Program-made: the position numbers and the translations under genes
Notes under the pieces: generated by a model
Database searches by the model: none
What the model saw: the letters and a program-made list of their open reading frames with translations, nothing else
What the model was told of the DNA's origin: nothing
Assembly: GCA_038230375.1 (NCBI GenBank)
Contig: JBBRNJ010000027.1
Span: forward strand, 32,498-96,497
DNA: 64,000 nt
Source: Polyangiales bacterium
GTDB lineage: Bacteria > Myxococcota_A > Polyangia > Polyangiales > Polyangiaceae
Direction: 5' to 3'
Part shown: piece by piece, positions 58,380 through 64,000 of the stretch
How positions within the stretch are numbered: the stretch's first letter is position 1
Layout of the letters: the number at the start of each line of letters is the position of its first letter

Positions 58380-58438
58380 GAAAGGGAGATGCGTCCAGTG
58401 GCCGCGGGTCGCACCGAAACCAGAACTTTTTTTTTGCT

Positions 58439-59584
58439 CTACGGTCGGGTCGCGATCCACGCGTGGTATTTGCCGGGTCCAGCATCGGGCGGGTCGGTGG
58501 GTGTGGGTCGATTGCTGATGAAGATCATCTGGCAGCCGTCCGCGGTCGGGAAGCTCGGGAACTCGTCGAAGGCGGTGTCGAGGCTGGCGACCTTGGTCGG
58601 CGCGCCCCACGCGTCCTGGGTCGACTTGCGCCTCGAGACCATGATGTTGCGCGCGGAGTCGTCGTTGCCGACGTCCGGCTGGGAGAAGTAGAGCGAGAGT
58701 TCATCCGCGGACACGACGGGGATGTGATCCTCGTTCGGTGTGTTGACCGCGGTGATGTTGTCGACGCTCGTGACGACGCCGCTCGCGTTGATCGTGGCGA
58801 CGAAGACATCCAGACCGCCCGCACCGCCGCGTGCCGACGACGCGAAGTAGAGGGAGCGGCCAGATGGATGGAGGTACGGCGCAGAGTCCAGTCCGAGGCC
58901 AGCCTCGATCTGAAAGAGGCTCTGGACGTCGGGCGGTCCGAAATCCAGAATAATCTTGGAGCGACTCGAGGTCCAGATACGCGAGATCTCCTCCTGATAG
59001 ACGCCCGCGTCATCCGGCTTGAGCGTGCGATCGGACTCGAAGAAGATCACCAGGCCATCCGCCGACAGCGTGGGCCAGTATTGGGTCGTGGTGCCAGTGT
59101 TGACGCCAGCGACCTTTCCGGCCGGCGCGAACCCCGCGTCGAGCGCCGGTCGCGCGGCCTGCAAGAGCTCGATGAACGCGCCCGTCGTCGCGGCGTAGTA
59201 CATCGTGAGGCCGTCGGCGGTGAGGCGCGCCGAGAAGAGCTCCTGACTCTCGAGGCCCAGAACAAGCTTGGCCACGCCGAAGTCCCTGGTGATGTCGCAC
59301 GCAAGCACGGGGCCCGTGTCGGCGGCGTTCGCGGCGTCGATCCCGTTTGCGTCGGCTGTGCTGTCCACCGCCATCGCATCCGCGGCCTCGACATCCATCG
59401 ACGCATCGCCCGAAGACTCGCGCCGGAGGCACAGGTGTGAGCCGACGTCGCACGTCATTCCGCTCGCGCAATCCCCATCCCCCGAACAGTTCTCGAGCGA
59501 GCTCCAGAGATTGCACGAAAACCACGCCGCAGAGCTCGCGCACAAGAGCATCAGTGACGCGATCCTCCGATGAAGGGCCCTCAT
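58439..59584 (-). CDS. Lipoprotein with Cys-rich N-terminus and PD40 (TolB-like) propeller repeats
   Basis: ATGA overlap with the kinase stop; repeated P.L(S/T)ADGL.(I/L)(F/Y)F.S.R units. Confidence 0.82.
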   Translation of the reverse strand: MRALHRRIASLMLLCASSAAWFSCNLWSSLENCSGDGDCASGMTCDVGSHLCLRRESSGDASMDVEAADAMAVDSTADANGIDAANAADTGPVLACDITRDFGVAKLVLGLESQELFSARLTADGLTMYYAATTGAFIELLQAARPALDAGFAPAGKVAGVNTGTTTQYWPTLSADGLVIFFESDRTLKPDDAGVYQEEISRIWTSSRSKIILDFGPPDVQSLFQIEAGLGLDSAPYLHPSGRSLYFASSARGGAGGLDVFVATINASGVVTSVDNITAVNTPNEDHIPVVSADELSLYFSQPDVGNDDSARNIMVSRRKSTQDAWGAPTKVASLDTAFDEFPSFPTADGCQMIFISNRPTPTDPPDAGPGKYHAWIATRP

Positions 59585-61020
59585 TGCTTGTAGAGAAGAT
59601 CGTTCGAGGGCTTTGTCGCAGAAGAGGTCGTAGAAATCGCCGGCGCTGGGCGTCGACCCGCCCCGACCGAAGCCGACTCGCGAGGGCGGACCGAAGGAGA
59701 AGGTGATGTCGGCGCCTGAGCCGAGGTGGAGGCCAAGGTCGGGGTCGAGGTCGGGGTCGAGGTCGAGGTCGAGGTCGGGGTCGAGGTCGAGGTCGAGGTC
59801 GAGGTCGAGGTCGCGGTCGCGGTCGAGGTCGAGGTCGAGGTCGAGGTCGAGGTCGAGGTCGCGGTCGAGGTCGAGGTCGAGGTCGAGGTCGAAGTCGAAG
59901 TCGGGGTCTGGGTCCAGATCGAATTCGCGTTCGCGCGCGATGCGGTGTACCCAACCGCGATCACCGCCGCCACCACCGCCACCATCCGCCATCCCGAGGG
60001 TGTGCGATTCAACGCCTTTCTCAGCGCATGCGCGTCCGTGTACCGCTGGTGCGGGCTCGGCGACAGGCACTTCGCGACGACAGCGCGGTACCTCCTTGGC
60101 ATATGCGACAGCGCGTCTGGATCGCTCAGCTTGAAGGCACGCCCACTCCACATCCGGTAGGCCACCAGGCCGAAGCTGTAGATGTCCGACGCCTTCGACG
60201 CTTCCTCGCCACGCGCCTGCTCCGGAGCCCAGTATGCCGGCGTACCCACGATCCGTCCGCGGCTCGCCTCAGAATCCAGGTCCGCGGCCAGGCCGAAGTC
60301 CATGAGGACGACGCGCTTCGTTCCGGTCTCGACCATGATGTTGCTCGGCTTCAGATCGCGGTGGACGATCCCCTGCGCATGCGCCGCCTCGAGGCCCGCG
60401 CAGATCTGATCGAGCACGTCTGGCATCTCGCTTTTGGGGATGCCGCGCTGGAGCGCCTTCTCGAGCGTGTCGCCCTCCACCAGCTCCATGGTGAAGAAGT
60501 CCAGCTCCTCTGTCCGGCCGACATCATGCACTCTGCATACATTCCGATGGTTCAGTTTTCGTGCGATGAGCAGCTCACGCGCGACCCTGCGCGCCGCGGC
60601 GTTGCTCTGGTCGGTGAGGACCTTGAGTGCGGACTCCTCGCCCAGCTGCTCGTCCGCCACGCGATAGGTCATCGCGGTGGCACCAGCGCCCAGCGGCTCG
60701 ACGACGCGGAAGCGACCCGAGATCACGGTGCCAGGTTCGAGGATGGCAGGGTCTGGCGGGTCGCTAGCATGCGGTTTGGGTCCGACGGCGCGCGGGTCGC
60801 CGGCCAGCGCAGCCACCAGCTGGCGACACGCGTCACATAGGTCGAGGTGAGCCTCCACGGCGCTGATGGAGCCATCGTCCAGCCGCCCGTCCATGAAGGC
60901 GAGCACCCGCGCCTCGTCAAGGCAGTCGCCGCTCTGACCTTTGGAGGGTTCATCGCGCTCGCCGTCCAGACTTCCAGCCCGTTCCGGCGCGCTGACGATC
61001 ACACTGCGCCTCCCTCCCAT
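59581..61020 (-). CDS. Ser/Thr kinase with N-terminal zf-HC2 (anti-sigma-like) motif, TM helix and Ser/Thr tail
   Basis: HLDLCDAC; LGAGA, HRDLKPSN, DFG, YWAPEQ; start approximate. Confidence 0.9.
   Translation of the reverse strand: MGGRRSVIVSAPERAGSLDGERDEPSKGQSGDCLDEARVLAFMDGRLDDGSISAVEAHLDLCDACRQLVAALAGDPRAVGPKPHASDPPDPAILEPGTVISGRFRVVEPLGAGATAMTYRVADEQLGEESALKVLTDQSNAAARRVARELLIARKLNHRNVCRVHDVGRTEELDFFTMELVEGDTLEKALQRGIPKSEMPDVLDQICAGLEAAHAQGIVHRDLKPSNIMVETGTKRVVLMDFGLAADLDSEASRGRIVGTPAYWAPEQARGEEASKASDIYSFGLVAYRMWSGRAFKLSDPDALSHMPRRYRAVVAKCLSPSPHQRYTDAHALRKALNRTPSGWRMVAVVAAVIAVGYTASRANANSIWTQTPTSTSTSTSTSTSTATSTSTSTSTSTSTATATSTSTSTSTSTPTSTSTSTPTSTPTLASTSAQAPTSPSPSVRPRESASVGAGRRPAPAISTTSSATKPSNDLLYKQ
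59738..59914. repeat. (GTCGAG)n tandem repeat encoding (ST)n
   Basis: Directly visible hexamer array. Confidence 0.95.
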
Positions 61021-61084
61021 GATGCTAGGCCACGCCCCGAGGCGCGTCCACAACGTGCTGTTTATCGGTGCTACACTGAACTGG

Positions 61085-61888
61085 ATGAGCTCTGCTCCTC
61101 GTGCGCCACACGCAGCCGCGCTGGATGACGCGCGACGCGCGTGGCCGGAGCTCGAAGTCCCCGAGGACAGCTTCATGCGGGCACTGGAGAAGGCTGGTGC
61201 AAACGCCCCAACGAACGTGAACGATCTCTATCTCGCGCAGGCATGCCTGAATGGCGATCGTCGCGCGCTCGATGTGCTGGAGAGTCAGCTTCTTCCGCAG
61301 GTGAAGCCGTCCGTCGTGCGCGTGTGTGGGACGGACCTCATCGACGACGTACTGCAGGCAACCCGCGAGAAGCTGCTGGTTGGCGGGCCGGATCGTGTGC
61401 CCAAGCTCACACAGTACACTGGTGATGGCTCGCTCGTGGGATGGCTGCGCGTCGTCGCAGTCCGCGACGCCGTGGCGGTTCGCAGACTGAAGGTCGCGAA
61501 CACGAGCACCCTGGAAGAGGCCGCGGAGTCGCTTGGTGCGCCGGCGACCGCCCACGACGCGCTGCTTCGCAAGACGCACGCCGCCGAGTTCAAGGCGGCG
61601 GTCGAGGAGGGGATCCGCCGGCTCTCCGTGCAGGAGCGCAACATGCTGCGCATGAGCGTGCTCGACAAGATGAGCATCGACGACCTCGCCGCGCTCTTCC
61701 GGATGCATCGCTCCACCGCCGCGCGCCGGCTGTCTCGCGCGCGCGAGTCCGTGCTCGACCACGCCCACACGCGATTGCGACAAGACCTGGGCCTCTCCGC
61801 CTCCGAAGCGGGCAGCCTGTGTGGGGATCTCGCAGGACAGATCAACCTGACGTTGTCGCGTGTGCTCGGGCCTCGAGGGGAGTCGTGA
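61085..61888 (+). CDS. Myxococcales-type ECF sigma-70 factor (TIGR03001-like)
   Basis: DLYLAQAC, YTGDGSLVGWLRVVAVR, SIDDLAALFRMHRSTAARRL; divergent from the zf-HC2 kinase. Confidence 0.85.
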   Translation: MSSAPRAPHAAALDDARRAWPELEVPEDSFMRALEKAGANAPTNVNDLYLAQACLNGDRRALDVLESQLLPQVKPSVVRVCGTDLIDDVLQATREKLLVGGPDRVPKLTQYTGDGSLVGWLRVVAVRDAVAVRRLKVANTSTLEEAAESLGAPATAHDALLRKTHAAEFKAAVEEGIRRLSVQERNMLRMSVLDKMSIDDLAALFRMHRSTAARRLSRARESVLDHAHTRLRQDLGLSASEAGSLCGDLAGQINLTLSRVLGPRGES

Positions 61889-62808
61889 CAACCGGGACGC
61901 GGATGTTCGCGGTCGCGACGGCGCTCGTCATCGTTCTGGCTTCACATTCCGCGCGCGCCGATGACGAGCAGGCCGCTGCGGAGGCGATGCGCCGGGGTGT
62001 CGCGGCCTATGCGCAGGGCGATGCAACCGCCGCGCTCGCCGCGTACGAGGAAGCAAAGCGGCTCGCCCCGGCCGCGAACGTGCCCTTTCTCTACGCCGCC
62101 GAGGCGCTGCTTCACCTGCAGCGATACCCCGAGGCCGTGGCCAGTCTGGAGCAATACCTTGCGAAGAACCCGGGCGTGAGCGACGCCGCCGACGTCAAGG
62201 CGCGGATCGCGCAGCTTCGTCGCGAGCAGTTTCCGGGACACATTCGCATCGAATCGAGCGTGCCCGCCACGCGCGTCACCATCGATGGTGCCCCGCGCGC
62301 CGAGGCGCTACCTTCGATCATCGACCTACCTCCGGGAAAGCACACGGTCGTCTGGGTGAGCGATGGCTACCGCTCCGAGTCGCGCGACATCGTCGTCGTT
62401 GGCGACACGCAATCGACCGAGGGCGCCACGCTCACGGCGAACCCGCCGCCGCCACCGCCAGACCCGCCGCGCACGCACGACGAAGGTGCGAAGCAGACAC
62501 CACTGGTGCGAACGATCGGCTTCGTCGCAGCCGGCGCGGGGTCCGCGACGCTCGCGACCGCATTCGTGCTCGACCTCACGGCGCTCAAGCAGAAGACTGA
62601 CGACTTCAACAGGGCAAGAAACGCGGGCGACCCATCGGCTGTGGGGCTTCAGGGAGACGCGCGCGGGCTCCGGACCGGCGTCGCGGCGACCTACATCGTC
62701 GGCGGCGTGCTGGCAGCCGGAGGGATCACCCTTGTGCTCCTCTCGCCGCGCAATGGCGCCGCAGTGAGCCTAACGCCACAGGCCATCTTCCTTCGCGGGC
62801 ACTTCTAG
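61885..62808 (+). CDS. Secreted TPR + PEGA domain protein with terminal Phe
   Basis: Signal ending ARA-D; TPR; VTIDG...LPPGKHTV...DGY PEGA; ends LRGHF. Alternative start at 61903. Confidence 0.85.
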   Translation: MTTGTRMFAVATALVIVLASHSARADDEQAAAEAMRRGVAAYAQGDATAALAAYEEAKRLAPAANVPFLYAAEALLHLQRYPEAVASLEQYLAKNPGVSDAADVKARIAQLRREQFPGHIRIESSVPATRVTIDGAPRAEALPSIIDLPPGKHTVVWVSDGYRSESRDIVVVGDTQSTEGATLTANPPPPPPDPPRTHDEGAKQTPLVRTIGFVAAGAGSATLATAFVLDLTALKQKTDDFNRARNAGDPSAVGLQGDARGLRTGVAATYIVGGVLAAGGITLVLLSPRNGAAVSLTPQAIFLRGHF

Positions 62809-62925
62809 CCAGGGCTTCTGCGGCGTTTGTGGTCGGCTGCGCGAGCGCCGCCGTCGCATTCGCGTTTCGTTCCTCGTGCATCGACGGACAGCCACGCCGT
62901 GAGCGGTCGCGCAGGCTCGACTCTG

Positions 62926-62996
62926 AGGCGCGAAGCTTCATGAGCGTCGCGGGCGTCGACGTGCGCACCGCAGAGAAGTGCGTCGCCCGCTGAGCC
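62926..62996 (+). repeat. Direct repeat copy 2 (orphan hisF 3' end)
   Basis: Encodes ARSFMSVAGVDVRTAEKCVAR-stop, versus ...AEKRSAR-stop in hisF. Confidence 0.95.
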
Positions 62997-63068
62997 ACGC
63001 GGTGCGGACCGCGAGTTGGCCTCCCTTTCCGGCCGCCCGCTTCGGCGGAAGGGGTGTATCGTGTACCC

Positions 63069-63941
63069 ATGGACGACTCTGGCGACCCGCTGATGAACCT
63101 TGCGAAAAGGCGCGTCGGAACCGTCCTCAAGCACAAGTACACGGTCGACTCCGTTCTTGGCGTGGGTGGCATGGCCGTCGTGTACGCCGCGACCCATCGC
63201 AACAAGAAACGAGTTGCGATCAAGATGCTCCACCCTGAGCTCTCCATGAACCAGGACGTGAGAAAGCGCTTCCTGCGCGAGGGCTACGTCGCAAACTCTG
63301 TCCAGCACAAGGGAGCGGTGGACGTCATCGACGATGACGTCGCGGATGATGGGGCGGCCTTTCTCGTGATGGAACTGCTCGATGGCGCGCCGGTCGACAG
63401 CCTCGCGATCGACCGCGGCGGCACTCTGGCGGCACGTGCTGCGGTGGTCGTTGCGATCGAGCTGTGCGGCGTGCTCGCATCTGCGCACGAACGCGGCATC
63501 GTCCATCGCGACATCAAGCCCGCAAATCTCTTCGTCACGCGTGAGGGTGAGCTCAAGGTCCTCGATTTCGGCATCGCCCGCCTTCGAGATGCGTCGTCCG
63601 CACACGCGACGAACACGGGCGTGATGATGGGGACGCCAGCGTATATGGCGCCAGAGCAGGCGATGGGCAAGACCGCGGAGATCGGGCCCGCGACCGACAT
63701 CTGGGCGGTGGGCGCGCTGATCTTCGCGCTGATCACCGGGCGAACGGTGCACGAGGGCGAGAATGCGCAGCAGCTGGTCATCCGCACGGCGACGTCGCCT
63801 GCGCGATCAATTGCGTCCGTGGCACCTGACCTGCATCCGGGGATCGCGTCGATTGTCGACAAGGCCCTTCAGCCTCGATTTCGCTCCATCGCGGGAGTCG
63901 TGTGCATGATGCACGTTGTTGAAGATCGCGCAGCGGCTTGA
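63069..63941 (+). CDS. Ser/Thr protein kinase, kinase domain only, possibly truncated
   Basis: LGVGGMAVVY, HRDIKPAN, DFG, YMAPEQ; close paralog of 11261..12886 but lacks the TM helix and tail. Confidence 0.85.
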   Translation: MDDSGDPLMNLAKRRVGTVLKHKYTVDSVLGVGGMAVVYAATHRNKKRVAIKMLHPELSMNQDVRKRFLREGYVANSVQHKGAVDVIDDDVADDGAAFLVMELLDGAPVDSLAIDRGGTLAARAAVVVAIELCGVLASAHERGIVHRDIKPANLFVTREGELKVLDFGIARLRDASSAHATNTGVMMGTPAYMAPEQAMGKTAEIGPATDIWAVGALIFALITGRTVHEGENAQQLVIRTATSPARSIASVAPDLHPGIASIVDKALQPRFRSIAGVVCMMHVVEDRAAA

Positions 63942-64000
63942 ATTTAGCGCCCGGCGTGCACGTCGAAGTGGTTGATGAAGACTACAACGTCGCGCCCGCC

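Larger units (their letters stand above)
54948..62925. mobile_element. Putative 8 kb inserted island between the hisF-derived direct repeats
   Basis: Flanking 71-bp repeats; gene content unrelated to the glycan locus; no integrase seen. Confidence 0.55.

Noticed and set aside
59738..59914. Tandem repeats as a CRISPR array
   Set aside because: 6-nt units with no spacers, inside coding sequence, and no cas genes.
54877..62996. Repeat pair as a diversity-generating retroelement TR/VR
   Set aside because: Only 3 of 5 mismatches are at A, no reverse transcriptase is in the window, and one copy is simply the hisF end.

Overview
High-GC window that looks myxobacterial, probably Polyangiales/Sorangiineae-like. 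This is inferred from Ser/Thr kinase + TPR/PEGA cassettes, a MYXO-CTERM motif and a Myxococcales-type ECF sigma factor. It has three parts. (1) 1-15.7 kb: purM end and purN, a flavoprotein, lipoproteins, an SDR/F420-reductase/LysR unit, ffh, and a kinase > TPR/PEGA > Cys-rich lipoprotein operon whose last gene ends in a Hint domain lacking the splicing His-Asn. (2) 15.7-54.9 kb: a ~39 kb mixed-orientation surface-glycan locus. It holds two paralogous PseC + PseI-GNAT nonulosonic acid modules (one behind a consensus sigma54 promoter), PseG, Wzc, Wzy-like and Wzy_C/TPR proteins, and a CDP-3-C-methyl-6-deoxysugar pathway. It also has Pgl-like genes, an SpsF-class III aminotransferase fusion with a dehydrogenase, a methyltransferase-CapK fusion and a WbuX/HisH/HisF amidotransferase trio. 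(3) 54.9-63 kb: an 8 kb block (secreted proteins, zf-kinase, ECF sigma, TPR/PEGA) bounded by a 71-bp direct repeat of the hisF 3' end, followed by an apparently truncated kinase. Two clear and one probable single-base frameshifts in short homopolymers suggest assembly errors. No rRNA, tRNA, CRISPR array, transposase or integrase was recognised. All calls come from reading motifs by eye; no database search was run.
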